A stretch of DNA of 64,000 nucleotides from a bacterium (GCA_030641525.1 DAOWHH010000001.1:2626-66625); one strand, 5' to 3'; counted from the first letter of the stretch, positions 10,715 through 21,280 are shown. The notes: a model not told the origin generated them from the letters alone. Program-made: numbers and translations.

Positions 10715-10915
10715 ATGAAACAATGCATATTCTCACAAAATAATATAAGTCAGATTGATTATAAAGATTTAGACGCAATCAGGAAATTTATAAATCCTCA
10801 CGGTAGGATTTTATCTAGAAAAAGAACTGCTTTATGTGCTAAACATCAAAGACAATTAGCCACTGCTATAAAAAGAGCAAGATTTTTAGGTCTTTTGCCT
10901 TATACTGAAAAATAA
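10715..10915 (+). CDS. rpsR: 30S ribosomal protein S18
   Basis: IDYKD...HQRQLATAIKRARFLGLLPY. Confidence 0.97.
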   Translation: MKQCIFSQNNISQIDYKDLDAIRKFINPHGRILSRKRTALCAKHQRQLATAIKRARFLGLLPYTEK

Positions 10916-10952
10916 AAACAATTTATAGTTAAAAGTTTATAGTAAAAGAAAA

Positions 10953-10980
10953 GAGCGACCGCAAAGCGGTCGTTTTTTTT
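10953..10980 (+). terminator. Intrinsic terminator after rpsR
   Basis: cgaccgc-AAA-gcggtcg followed by T8. Confidence 0.8.
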
Positions 10981-11058
10981 ACTTTTAATTATAATTAGTG
11001 ATTATATCTTTCCTCCAAGTATCTAGATTATTTAAATATAATATGATACATTGTATCA

Positions 11059-11898
11059 ATGGAAGATAATGCATATTTAATTTTTATCGATAAAGTTCCT
11101 AAAATAGGTATTAACACCCTATCTCTGAAAGATGTTGAGGAGAAAATCGCAGAAAATAAAGCAAAAAATCTTTTCTTGATAATTGAATCTTATGGTGGTA
11201 GTCCATTTGATGCAATTGCTATAATGAACATATTACATTTGCGGTTTCCTAAAATTTCAACGATTATTCCATGTTTTGCGAAAAGTGCTGCCACACTTAT
11301 GTCTTTAGGTACTGATGAGATATATATGCAAGAAAAATCAGCGTTAGGACCTCTTGATCTACCTATAGAACACCACAAAGACGGATCAACGATAAGTTCT
11401 TTAGATATTCAAAATACAATAACATCAATGGCTGGATTGGTAGGATCAATTGCAGAGGATAGATTTAAATTATTTACTGAAAACACAACCATATCAAAAA
11501 AGGAAGCAATGAAACTTTCTTTAGATAATGCAACAGATTTTGTAAAGCCTATTATCCAGCAAGTAGATCCATATCATCTTCAAAAGGCTGAACGGGAACT
11601 GAGAATTGGATCATGGTATGCAATGGATATGTTATTAAAGAGAATGATGAAAGGACAGTATATAAAGGCACGAAAGACTGCTAATACTCTAGTAAAATCT
11701 TTCCCTGCTCATGAATATTCTATTTTCCCAGAAGTTGCAGAAAATATGCTCGGTCTTAAAATTAAGAAAATATCTGATTTACAACTTTGGGAAAGTAATT
11801 TAAAAAAGATATATAATAATGTGTGCAAAAAACAGTATCATATTGAATATGGTATAATAAAGAAAAATGTTATTAAAAATACAAAACAAAAAAAATAG
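11059..11898 (+). CDS. ClpP-like serine protease (SDH family)
   Basis: IESYGGS, AKSAATLMSLGTDEIYM, ALGPLD, late HEY motif. Confidence 0.85.
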   Translation: MEDNAYLIFIDKVPKIGINTLSLKDVEEKIAENKAKNLFLIIESYGGSPFDAIAIMNILHLRFPKISTIIPCFAKSAATLMSLGTDEIYMQEKSALGPLDLPIEHHKDGSTISSLDIQNTITSMAGLVGSIAEDRFKLFTENTTISKKEAMKLSLDNATDFVKPIIQQVDPYHLQKAERELRIGSWYAMDMLLKRMMKGQYIKARKTANTLVKSFPAHEYSIFPEVAENMLGLKIKKISDLQLWESNLKKIYNNVCKKQYHIEYGIIKKNVIKNTKQKK

Positions 11899-12046
11899 TC
11901 AAACAGATGAATTTAATACTATTGGTGATAGTGGTAAGAAAATCGGTGAAAATTGGATTAGTAAGGCAATAGAAAGGGATGCAGAACGTATAATAGCCAG
12001 TAAAAAGAAATCAAAATCCACAGATAATCCTGTTGAAAAGAAGTGA
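11867..12046 (+). CDS. Small 59-aa hypothetical protein overlapping the SDH gene end
   Basis: ATG 11867 to TGA 12046 (MLLKIQNKK...NPVEKK); below the ORF-track cutoff. Confidence 0.4.
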   Translation: MLLKIQNKKNSQTDEFNTIGDSGKKIGENWISKAIERDAERIIASKKKSKSTDNPVEKK

Positions 12047-12094
12047 TAAATTAATAAAATAAAGTATAAATTGTGATAAATTTATAGAAAAAAT

Positions 12095-12123
12095 AAAAAA
12101 AGGTCGCTTTGCGACCTTTTTTC
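12095..12123 (-). terminator. Bidirectional terminator downstream of recA
   Basis: A-run aggtcgc-TTT-gcgacct T-run. Confidence 0.8.
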
Positions 12124-12156
12124 TTTTACTTTCAACTTTATGAACTTTAAAAACTT

Positions 12157-13239
12157 TTAACTACCTTTCATCTCTTCTCTAATCTTTTTCAAAATTTCAT
12201 TTGATAATTTTTTATCTTCTTTAAGAAATTTTCGTGAGGCATCATAACCTCTACCTAATTTAGTATCATCGTAACTATAAGAAGATCCTGCTTTGGAAAT
12301 TATTCCATATATTTCTCCCAGGGCAATTAGCTCTCCTTCTTTTGATATTCCTTCGTTATAAATCAAATCAAATTCAGTCATCTTGAATGGGGGAGCAACT
12401 TTATTCTTCACTACCTTTACTCTTACTCGTCCCCCCACAACATCAGTTCCTTTTTTAATTTGAGCTATTCTTCTAATATCTAATCTGACAGAAGTGTAAA
12501 ATTTTAAAGCTCTTCCCCCAGGAGTAGTTTCAGGACTACCAAACATCACACCAATTTTCATTCTTATTTGATTGATAAAAATCACAACAGTATTACTCTT
12601 ACCAACAATAGCTGTTAATTTACGAAGGGCTTGAGACATTAATCTAGCTTGTCTCCCTACATGATGAGCTCCCATATCTCCTTCAATTTCAGCTTTAGGG
12701 GTAAGAGCGGCTACTGAATCAATTACTATGACATCTACTTTTCCAGACCTTACTAAAGATTCGGTTATTTCTAATGATTCTTCTCCCGTGTTTGGTTGAG
12801 AAACTAGTAAATCATTTATATTTACACCTAATTTTTTAGAATAATCTGGATCTAAGGCATGTTCAGCATCAACAAAGGCACAGATTCCATTTCCTTTTTG
12901 AGCTTGAGCAATTACATGTAATGCCAAAGTTGTTTTTCCTGAAGATTCAGGTCCGAATATCTCTATAATTCTACCTCTTGGAAGTCCTCCAATACCAAGA
13001 GCATCATCAAGTCCTATCGATCCTGTTGGTATTGCTTCTATCCCAACTTTAGGAGCATCTCCTAGACGAATAATTGAATCTTCTCCGAATTTAGTTCTTA
13101 TTTGGGATAATGTATTTGTTACATCATCCTCTCTTGTATCTTTTTTGGGTTTTTCAATTTTTTTAACCTCTATCTTTTTTTCACTAGTACCTATTGTTTT
13201 TTTAATAGGAGTTTTCTTATCTGCTTTTTTCTTTGGCAT
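12157..13239 (-). CDS. recA: Recombinase RecA
   Basis: [32 protein letters not shown]. Confidence 0.99.
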   Translation of the reverse strand: MPKKKADKKTPIKKTIGTSEKKIEVKKIEKPKKDTREDDVTNTLSQIRTKFGEDSIIRLGDAPKVGIEAIPTGSIGLDDALGIGGLPRGRIIEIFGPESSGKTTLALHVIAQAQKGNGICAFVDAEHALDPDYSKKLGVNINDLLVSQPNTGEESLEITESLVRSGKVDVIVIDSVAALTPKAEIEGDMGAHHVGRQARLMSQALRKLTAIVGKSNTVVIFINQIRMKIGVMFGSPETTPGGRALKFYTSVRLDIRRIAQIKKGTDVVGGRVRVKVVKNKVAPPFKMTEFDLIYNEGISKEGELIALGEIYGIISKAGSSYSYDDTKLGRGYDASRKFLKEDKKLSNEILKKIREEMKGS

Positions 13240-13308
13240 GATATTTCAGTTTTTAGTTTATAGAATGAAATCGCAAAGTGATTTTCTTAACTAAAAACTT
13301 TTAACTTA

Positions 13309-13668
13309 TTAATTATTAATTAATAACACTACTTCTATTTCTTTTTCAATTTTTCTATCATATTTATCTTGAGCTGATACTTTAATCATATTATATCCAG
13401 GAGATAGGATTAATTTTTCTTTTATCTTTCCATCCAAATTTACATATATTTGTTTATCATTTAAACTAATATATGAAATGTTTTTCGTATACCCTGTCAC
13501 ATAAATAATATTATCATATTGACTTGAACCATTTATCGGTGTTGTTAATTCAATAATTGGACCTTGGAGATACGCTTTTGTTTGGTAATAAGAATAATAA
13601 ATAGTAATCAACACAATAATAACAAATAAAAATATTCCAATACTGTTTCTGATTAATTTATTATTCAT
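13309..13668 (-). CDS. Small membrane-anchored Ig-like protein
   Basis: N-terminal TM; LSPGYNMIKVSAQDKY Ig-like motif; between ftsK and recA. Confidence 0.7.
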   Translation of the reverse strand: MNNKLIRNSIGIFLFVIIVLITIYYSYYQTKAYLQGPIIELTTPINGSSQYDNIIYVTGYTKNISYISLNDKQIYVNLDGKIKEKLILSPGYNMIKVSAQDKYDRKIEKEIEVVLLINN

Positions 13669-15931
13669 CTTCTTCTTCCTCTTCTTCTACAAAATATCCT
13701 TCTCCTTCATAATCCTTATTTTTCTTGTCTTTTGTAATTTCATCTGATGAGGAAATTTTCTCGTCATATTCTTCATCATTATCTTGGATAAGTATTTCTC
13801 TCGGTTTTGATCCGTCTTTTGGTCCTATAATTCCGTTTTCTTCTAATTCATCTATTATTCTTGCTGCTCTAGCGTAACCTACTTTCAATTTTCTCTGTAA
13901 ATATGAAGTAGAAGCTGATCCTGCTTGTATAATTATTTCTTTAGCTTCTTCATATAAAGGATCTAAATCTTCGTCATTGTCTTCTTCTAATGCTTTAAAT
14001 ATGGGATTTTTATCTCTTTCAGCTGTACTAATATCTATTTCATCAGGAATTTCATCTGCATATGTTTCTCTTAAGAATTTGGTTACATCTTTTATTTCTG
14101 TTTCAGAAATAAAAGCAGATTGAATCCTTGTAGGTTTTGACATTTCTCCTGATAAATAAAGCATATCTCCCGCTCCAAGTAATTTTTCAGCGCCTCCTGA
14201 GTCTAAAATAGTTCTAGAATCTATTTGTGAAGCTACCTGAAGAGCAATTCTTGATGGTACATTTGCTTTAATCAAGCCTGTTATAACATTAACAGAGGGT
14301 CTTTGTGTGGAAAGAACTAAATGAATTCCAACAGCTCTACTCATTTGGGCTAAACGAACAATTGCAGCTTCTAATTCTCTTGGATATGTCTGCATAATAT
14401 CTGCTAATTCGTCTATTACTATGACAATATATGGCATTGCGTCGGGTAATTCATCGTCAACTTCTCCTTTTTTGGACGCTTTTTCATAAGCAGGATTTAC
14501 TATATTTTTATGATAAGACTGTATATCTCTTACTGATACAGATTCTAATATATCATATCTTCTATCCATTTCTTTTAGAGCCCATTTTAGGGATAGGATA
14601 GCTTTTTTTGCTTCTGTGATTACAGGTGTAAGTAAATGAGGAATATTCTTATACTGAGTAAGTTCAACCCTTTTAGGGTCTATCATTATGAATTTAAGAT
14701 TGTCAGGTGTTGCTCTAAATAATAGGGAATTAATTAAAGTATGTATGGTTATTGATTTTCCTGATCCTGTTGCCCCAGCTATCAATATATGAGGAGCTTT
14801 TGCTAGATTAACAAAATGAATATTTCCAGAGATGTCTTTACCAAGTGCAATAGTTAAAAGATTTTCACTATTCTTAAATTCTTTTGAAGAAAATAATGTT
14901 GCTAATCCAACCAATGTTTTTGTTGAGTTAGGGATTTCAATTCCTACAAGAGATTTTCCTGGGATAGGAGCCTCAATTCTGAGAGGATGAGCAGCTAAAG
15001 CTAGTGATAAATCATTTTGCAAACCTACTATTCGAGTTAATTTTATTCCTTCGGCTGGCTTAAGAGCGTAACGAGTGACAGATGGACCAATAGATATTTC
15101 GTCCATTTCTACATTTATACCGAAATTTCTTAAGGTTCTTTTTATAATATTTGAATTTGCTTTTATATCTCCAACTTCTGGTTTTCCCTTGTCTTTTCTT
15201 AAAAGGGAGATAGGGGGTAGTAAATTTCTTTTACCAAAATATTCTAATGCTTTTTTTGATAAAAAACTTCCTGTAAGAGAGATATCTTTTTCAAAATCAT
15301 CCTCCATAGTCTTAATATTTTTTTTCCCCTTATCTGCCTTAGCTTCAGTAGGGGAAGGTTCTTCTTCCTCTTCATATTCGTATTCCTCTTCTTTATATTC
15401 ATCCTCATATTCTTCATCATCTAAATCAGTAGATTTTTTTCTTAAAAGATATTTCCAGAATAATAATTTTTTAAATTGTAATTGAGTATCAAGAATTACT
15501 AACAAGGAGATTAAGAATATAGTAATTAAGAAAATAAGGCTTGCATAATAATCAAAGAACTTAACAAGAGGAATAGAAATAAATTTTCCTGCAATACCTC
15601 CTTTGTCGCTAAAAATTAAATCAACAATTCCTAATCCAGAAATAAAGAGAATTACAGAACCAATTATTTTTATTCCAGCAAAATCAGATTTTATTTCTTT
15701 TAAATTTAAAACTCCTAAAAGAAATAAAATTATAGGTATAAAAAAATAACCCATTCCAAATAATAAACTTAGAATTGAATATATTTTTTGTCCAACCAAA
15801 CCTCCATATCCAGTAGAAGCTAATATGAGGAAAACAGACAAAACAAAAAGAATGATACTTATTATCCCTTGAAATGTTTCTTGTTTTAATTTTCTTGGAC
15901 CTTTTTCTTTTTTATCTTTCTTTCTCTTCAT
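13661..15931 (-). CDS. ftsK: DNA translocase FtsK/SpoIIIE
   Basis: N-terminal TMs, PHILIAGATGSGKS, IDELAD, STQRPSV, gamma domain STSYLQRKLKVGYARAARI. Confidence 0.98.
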   Translation of the reverse strand: MKRKKDKKEKGPRKLKQETFQGIISIILFVLSVFLILASTGYGGLVGQKIYSILSLLFGMGYFFIPIILFLLGVLNLKEIKSDFAGIKIIGSVILFISGLGIVDLIFSDKGGIAGKFISIPLVKFFDYYASLIFLITIFLISLLVILDTQLQFKKLLFWKYLLRKKSTDLDDEEYEDEYKEEEYEYEEEEEPSPTEAKADKGKKNIKTMEDDFEKDISLTGSFLSKKALEYFGKRNLLPPISLLRKDKGKPEVGDIKANSNIIKRTLRNFGINVEMDEISIGPSVTRYALKPAEGIKLTRIVGLQNDLSLALAAHPLRIEAPIPGKSLVGIEIPNSTKTLVGLATLFSSKEFKNSENLLTIALGKDISGNIHFVNLAKAPHILIAGATGSGKSITIHTLINSLLFRATPDNLKFIMIDPKRVELTQYKNIPHLLTPVITEAKKAILSLKWALKEMDRRYDILESVSVRDIQSYHKNIVNPAYEKASKKGEVDDELPDAMPYIVIVIDELADIMQTYPRELEAAIVRLAQMSRAVGIHLVLSTQRPSVNVITGLIKANVPSRIALQVASQIDSRTILDSGGAEKLLGAGDMLYLSGEMSKPTRIQSAFISETEIKDVTKFLRETYADEIPDEIDISTAERDKNPIFKALEEDNDEDLDPLYEEAKEIIIQAGSASTSYLQRKLKVGYARAARIIDELEENGIIGPKDGSKPREILIQDNDEEYDEKISSSDEITKDKKNKDYEGEGYFVEEEEEEDE

Positions 15932-16099
15932 TATTTTCCTTTATTATATCACGGAGGGTTAAAAGTTCATAAAGTTGAAAGCTGATCTTTACGAAGTCTA
16001 TCTTAGGTATATGAAATAAAATTGCTTTGCAATTTTTCTGGACTTAATTCTTAAATCTTAAATCATTTTTTACAAACTTTTAATTTATGGACTTTTAAT

Positions 16100-16837
16100 T
16101 GTCCTGTGTTCTTATACTGCAATGTAATTGTCTTTTAAAAAAATATGATTATAATCATCAATATAAAATACTTTTTATGACCTTTATTAAAATAAAGGTC
16201 ATATTAAGGACATAAAAAATAATAATGAATTCTCTTAAAATTATTGAAAAAAAACAAGATAATGATTTATATTTAAGTTTTTTTAGAAAAAAAACTGAAA
16301 GGGTTGTTTCAGCCTTGTATTTAATAACAAATCATTTTTCTGATGACGAAATTCTTAAATGGAAGTTAAGAAAACAAGGGATTCAGCTATTGTCTTATAC
16401 AATGTCTTTGAATAGAATAGGATTGTCTAATAATAATATATTATTTTCAAATATAGAAAATAATATATCAGAAATAATCTCGTATTTAGATATAGCTTTA
16501 ATAATAAAAATAATTTCAGATACAAATATAGAAGTATTTAAAAGAGAATTAAATTTTCTTTTGTCCTTAATAACCAAGAGTTTACAAAATTTAGATGAAA
16601 ATAGCCTACCAAAACTAAATGGAGATTATTTTAAAGTAAAGGACAGTAATCTGAGAAATAAAGAGGTAAAACTTGCTTTAGAATCTATAAAGGACAACTA
16701 CATAGATAAAGGACAGTTTAAAGGACAAACTCCTTTAAACCCTAAAAAGATAGAAACTAATAAAGAAAAGAAATCATCGCGTAGAGATAAAATAATAAAA
16801 TTATTAGATAAAGGACAAGAATTAACTATAAAGGACA
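16100..16837. repeat. Cluster of TAAAGGACA/TGTCCTTTA nonamers
   Basis: Exact copies at 16637, 16688, 16707, 16719, 16809, 16829; variants at 16129, 16178, 16193, 16204, 16562. Confidence 0.85.
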
Positions 16838-16962
16838 TTATGAAAGTTTTTGATGATTGTAGTGAAAAAACTATTCAAAGAGAATTACAAGTTATGCTGA
16901 AAGAATCATTATTGAAAAAAGAAGGGGAGAGAAGATGGAGTCGGTATTCGATGAAAATCTAA
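16225..16962 (+). CDS. Helical-bundle plus C-terminal winged-helix (DeoR/BlaI-like) DNA-binding protein
   Basis: C-terminal RRDKIIKLL...LTIKDI...SEKTIQREL...KKEGERRWSRY. Confidence 0.8.
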   Translation: MNSLKIIEKKQDNDLYLSFFRKKTERVVSALYLITNHFSDDEILKWKLRKQGIQLLSYTMSLNRIGLSNNNILFSNIENNISEIISYLDIALIIKIISDTNIEVFKRELNFLLSLITKSLQNLDENSLPKLNGDYFKVKDSNLRNKEVKLALESIKDNYIDKGQFKGQTPLNPKKIETNKEKKSSRRDKIIKLLDKGQELTIKDIMKVFDDCSEKTIQRELQVMLKESLLKKEGERRWSRYSMKI

Positions 16963-17014
16963 GAAAACTTTGACCTGTTTACTGGTTTACTGGACAGACA
17001 AGTTTATTATTTTA

Positions 17015-17168
17015 AAATTCACCCAATTCATCCAATTCACCTAATTTCTAAATTCTAATAAAATAAATAATCCAAAAAGTAAAATAATTTTAATTTTTGA
17101 TTTTGGCCTTTTATTAGGTGAACCTGTCCGCCTCAGGAGGATTAGACCTTAGGTGAATTTTGAATTTT
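17015..17168. repeat. Inverted repeat with 9-nt tandem arms and an inserted GC-rich palindrome
   Basis: aattcaccc-aattcatcc-aattcacct versus ttaggtgaa...ttaggtgaatttt; cctgtccgcctcaggagg interrupts the right arm. Confidence 0.6.
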
Positions 17169-17313
17169 ATTGCTGTCTTTCAGGTGATATAAATATGTTT
17201 AATACCCCATATTTACATGATGTTAAAGTTGGTATGAGGGCTTGCTTTTTAACCCTTATTATTATAATATAATAGAGCTATATCTTGACGATATTAGACT
17301 TAAAATATATAAG

Positions 17314-17322
17314 TTATCCACA
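17314..17322 (+). promoter_or_regulatory. DnaA box
   Basis: Perfect TTATCCACA; imperfect inverted tgtggactg about 24 bp downstream. Confidence 0.55.
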
Positions 17323-17629
17323 AATTTTTTTGGAAAGTGTGGACTGTCAGGATATAATTTAATCAAGATTTTCTGTCGGAATTGACGGGGATTGTTTTGA
17401 TAAATATTCTAGTACATTGAAAAATAAATATTCCGCGACAAATAAAAATACACGAATATATTACTTTAAATTTGGTCGTAAATTTAGGTGGTATAATAAA
17501 AAATAAACAACGAAATTATTAATTCAATTATTAACCGCATAAAATTATTTTTAATTTTGTGCATTACGATTTCTTAAAAATAAAATCATTATTAATCATT
17601 AATTTTTTAAGAAATTTTGAAAATTTATT

Positions 17630-20600
17630 ATGAGTATATTTACACTTAAAAAATCTGCAACAACAAAAGTTGTTTCAGTTTTAGTAGGTTCAGCTATGGC
17701 TCTTACTCTTGTGTTTGGTGGTGCAGTTGCTCCAGCTCAAGCGCAAACAATGGAAGAGCTTACAGCTCAAATAAATAGTTTGCTTTCTACAATTGCAGCA
17801 TTGCAAGCTCAATTATTAAGTATGTCAGGAGGAACAACTCAAGCAACAGGAGTATCTTATAACTTCACAACAAACCTTTCAAAAGGTGATAGTGGGGTAC
17901 AAGTTATGAATCTTCAAAAGGTTCTTAACATGAGTTCAGATACTCAAGCCGCAGTTTCAGGAGTAGGTTCACCTGGAAATGAAACAGAATATTTTGGTTC
18001 ATTAACTAAAGCAGCTGTGATTAAATTCCAGAACAAATACGCTTCTGAAATTTTAGCACCAGTTGGTCTATCAGCAGGAACAGGTTATGTTGGTCCTTCA
18101 ACAAGGGCAAAACTTAACACAATGGGAGGAGCTGTAGTTACAACTCCAGGAACAACTCCAGTAGTTGTGGTTACACCAGCCGGAACAGGATTGACTGTAA
18201 GTGCAGGATATCAACCAGCAGCTACTTTAGCTCCAGAAAAGGCAGCTAGAGTACCTTTCACAAAAGTTGTTCTTACTGCTAGCAATGACGGAGATATTGT
18301 AGTTAATTCTATCTTAATAGAACGAACTGGTTTAGCTCAAGACGGAGCTTTTGCTGGAATTGTTCTATTAGATGAAGACGGAATTCAGATTGGAATTGCT
18401 AAGACTTTGAACTCTTTACATCAAGCAAAAGTGGGAGAAGATTTTACAGTTAAAGCTGGAACTTCAAAAACAATTACAATTGCTGCTAATATGCATACAT
18501 CTTCAATGAGTACATATACAGGGCAAGTTGGATCTTTGACAGTAGTAGGAGTTAATACTTCAGCTGCAGTTAACGGTACTCTTCCAATCGTAGGAACTTC
18601 TCACACAATGAATAGTTCTCTAACAATTGGAACTGCTACAGCAGATAGAGGGATTGATGACCCTAACACTTCAGCAACTAAAGAAGTTGGAGTTTCTGAC
18701 TATACATTTGCTGCTATTAAAGTAACAGCAGGATCAGCAGAAAAAATTAGAGTTCATTCTTTGAGATGGAATCAATCAGGTTCAGTATCATCTTCAGATT
18801 TAGAAAATCTAAAGACTTATGTTGATGGAATAGCTTATGATGTAATTGTTTCCTCAGATGGAAAATATTACACAGCTAGTTTTGGAAGTGGGCTTGTAAT
18901 TGATAAAGGTTTATCAAAACAAATTTCAATTAAAGGTGACATAGTAGGAGGATCAGGAAGAAATATAGTATTTGATATCTACAAAGATACAGATCTATAT
19001 GTGACAGGAGAAACTTACGGATATGGAATTACACCTGCTGAAGGATCTGCAGGATCAGTTTCAACAAGCGGTTCAGCTTTCCTTACAACAACACCTTGGT
19101 ATGACAATGCGCACGTAACAGTATCAGATGGAACTCTTACGGTTGCTAAAGCAACTTCTGTATCAGCACAAAATATTGCTGAAGTTGTTGAAAATCAGAT
19201 TCTTGGTGGATTTGATGTGGAAGTAAAAGGAGAAGCAATTTCTGTAGCAAGTTTGGTATTTAACGGAACTATTTCTGCAGGAGCTGGAGTAGGAACAAGC
19301 ATTGATAATGTTACTTTGGTAGATGAAAATGGTTCAGTGGTAGCTGGTCCGGTGGATGCTGAAGGAGCATCAACAGCTGCAACAGTGACATTTACAGATA
19401 CTGTAACATTCCCAATTGGAATAGGTACTTATACATTGAAAGGTCAATTAGCAAGTACATTTGTTAATGATCAAACAATCGTATTTAATACTGATCCAGA
19501 TGACGATTGGACAACAGTTACAGGACAAACAACTGGTAATTCAATTACTCCCGCACCTACATCAGCTGTAACTTCAAATACAATGACAATGAAGGCAGGA
19601 ACAGTTTCTATTTCTGTATCTGATAATCCAGTAGCTCAAAATGTAGTAGCTGGAGCACAAGGATTTGTTTTTGCTAACTATCAATTTGACGCAACAGCTT
19701 CAGGTGAAGATGTAAGATTTACTTCTTTGATTCTAGAATTAACAGCAGCAACAAGTCCTGAATATTTGACAGGTTGTCAATTATGGGATGGAGATACTGC
19801 TTTGAACACAGGTTCAAACAAAAAGGATGTAGCTTCTACTGATACTTCAGTAGATATTACATTTACACTTGATTCAGGTGGAGTGACTATTCCAAAAGGA
19901 ACTGTTAAAACTTTGGCTTTGACATGTAATGTGTCAGCTTCTGCAACTTCAGAAACATTCCTATGGGATATGACTGATGCTACAGACCAAACAGGAACAG
20001 GTCTTAACTCAGGAACAACTATTACAGTTACTGACACTACAGGAACAGGTCAATTAATGTCTGCTACATCTTATGGAGGATTAACAGTTGCTGAACAAAC
20101 AGGTACATACTTGATTGCTGCAGCTGGTACTACAGATGTAACTCTAGGTTCATTGAAGTTTACAGGAACTAATGAAGAGATTACATTGAAGAAATTATCT
20201 CTTCAATTAACATCAGCTTCATCCTCACCTTCAGATATGACACAAGTGACATTATGGGATGGAACAACACAAGTTGGTACAGCTGTATTCACAAGTACGG
20301 ATTATGCAACATCAACTTTGACAGGAAGCTTTGTAATTCCTAAAGATGGAACTAAAATTATGACTCTTAAAGCTGATTTAGCAGAAATAGGTACATCTAA
20401 GATTGGTACACAAGGAGCCCTATTGAAAGTAAATTATAATGGTGGTGATCTGGATGGTACTCAAGGAGTAGGTGATCAATCAGGTACAACTATTAGCTCA
20501 ACTTCAGCTACATCTTCAACATTTGATGGTGTAAGAGTATTTAAAGCTCATCCTGAATTTGCTAAGATTAGTCTGTCTGATTCATTGACATCAGGTACTA

Positions 20601-21202
20601 CTATTCTTTATAAGTTCAGTGTAACTGCTAATGATGCCGACGGATCAAGTGAAGGAATTGGTCTTTACAAATTCACACTTAATCTAGCAACATCATCAGA
20701 TAATGCTGCAACTGGATCAACTACTGTGACAGCAGCGAAGGTGTATGCTTATTCAGATTCATCTTTCTCTAACACAATTGATTCATCAGCCGACGGTACT
20801 GCTTACACTAATGGACAAATTGTAGACGAAGTATCTAATCTAGCAGGTACAACAACTGGAGCAGATAATGAATTGGTATTAAATTCTCCAATTCAGATTC
20901 CAGCTGGTGAAACTTATTACTTCAAAGTAATTGGTACTACATCAATTGTTTCTGGAACAGGAACAGATGCTAATAATTGGGTTAAAGCTTACATTACTGG
21001 TGACTCAGCTTACCATGTAGGTAGTGCTAACTTGATGGATGCAGCAGCTACAGTAGATGATGAATCAGGTGGAAACGATGCTTTCGTTTGGTCACCTTAT
21101 GCAACAACTACATCAGCTATACTTCATGCTGACTGGACAAATGGATACAAGATATCAGGTTTGCCATCAGATGGTATGGATGCTGAAACTATTAATCAAT
21201 AA
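17630..21202 (+). CDS. Large secreted cell-surface/S-layer-like protein with peptidoglycan-binding domain
   Basis: Signal peptide (AQA), coiled coil, LSKGDSG.QV..LQK.LN...YFGSLTKAAVIKFQ PG-binding motif, Thr/Ser/Gly-rich beta modules, strongly biased codon use. Confidence 0.8.
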   Translation: MSIFTLKKSATTKVVSVLVGSAMALTLVFGGAVAPAQAQTMEELTAQINSLLSTIAALQAQLLSMSGGTTQATGVSYNFTTNLSKGDSGVQVMNLQKVLNMSSDTQAAVSGVGSPGNETEYFGSLTKAAVIKFQNKYASEILAPVGLSAGTGYVGPSTRAKLNTMGGAVVTTPGTTPVVVVTPAGTGLTVSAGYQPAATLAPEKAARVPFTKVVLTASNDGDIVVNSILIERTGLAQDGAFAGIVLLDEDGIQIGIAKTLNSLHQAKVGEDFTVKAGTSKTITIAANMHTSSMSTYTGQVGSLTVVGVNTSAAVNGTLPIVGTSHTMNSSLTIGTATADRGIDDPNTSATKEVGVSDYTFAAIKVTAGSAEKIRVHSLRWNQSGSVSSSDLENLKTYVDGIAYDVIVSSDGKYYTASFGSGLVIDKGLSKQISIKGDIVGGSGRNIVFDIYKDTDLYVTGETYGYGITPAEGSAGSVSTSGSAFLTTTPWYDNAHVTVSDGTLTVAKATSVSAQNIAEVVENQILGGFDVEVKGEAISVASLVFNGTISAGAGVGTSIDNVTLVDENGSVVAGPVDAEGASTAATVTFTDTVTFPIGIGTYTLKGQLASTFVNDQTIVFNTDPDDDWTTVTGQTTGNSITPAPTSAVTSNTMTMKAGTVSISVSDNPVAQNVVAGAQGFVFANYQFDATASGEDVRFTSLILELTAATSPEYLTGCQLWDGDTALNTGSNKKDVASTDTSVDITFTLDSGGVTIPKGTVKTLALTCNVSASATSETFLWDMTDATDQTGTGLNSGTTITVTDTTGTGQLMSATSYGGLTVAEQTGTYLIAAAGTTDVTLGSLKFTGTNEEITLKKLSLQLTSASSSPSDMTQVTLWDGTTQVGTAVFTSTDYATSTLTGSFVIPKDGTKIMTLKADLAEIGTSKIGTQGALLKVNYNGGDLDGTQGVGDQSGTTISSTSATSSTFDGVRVFKAHPEFAKISLSDSLTSGTTILYKFSVTANDADGSSEGIGLYKFTLNLATSSDNAATGSTTVTAAKVYAYSDSSFSNTIDSSADGTAYTNGQIVDEVSNLAGTTTGADNELVLNSPIQIPAGETYYFKVIGTTSIVSGTGTDANNWVKAYITGDSAYHVGSANLMDAAATVDDESGGNDAFVWSPYATTTSAILHADWTNGYKISGLPSDGMDAETINQ

Positions 21203-21280
21203 TAGTTAACTGCAAGAGTATTTCATTCTTAAAGTTTGAGAATTAATATTCTAAAATATTAGAGCTTGATGCTCTAGAAC

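Noticed and set aside
15075..15485. 136-aa Ser-rich ORF and other antisense ORFs (e.g. 2206, 19777, 30265, 39032)
   Set aside because: Shadow frames opposite well-supported genes.
16637..16837. CRISPR array or protein-level repeat explanation for the TAAAGGACA cluster
   Set aside because: Units are only 9 bp with irregular spacing, there are no cas genes, and they fall in two reading frames.
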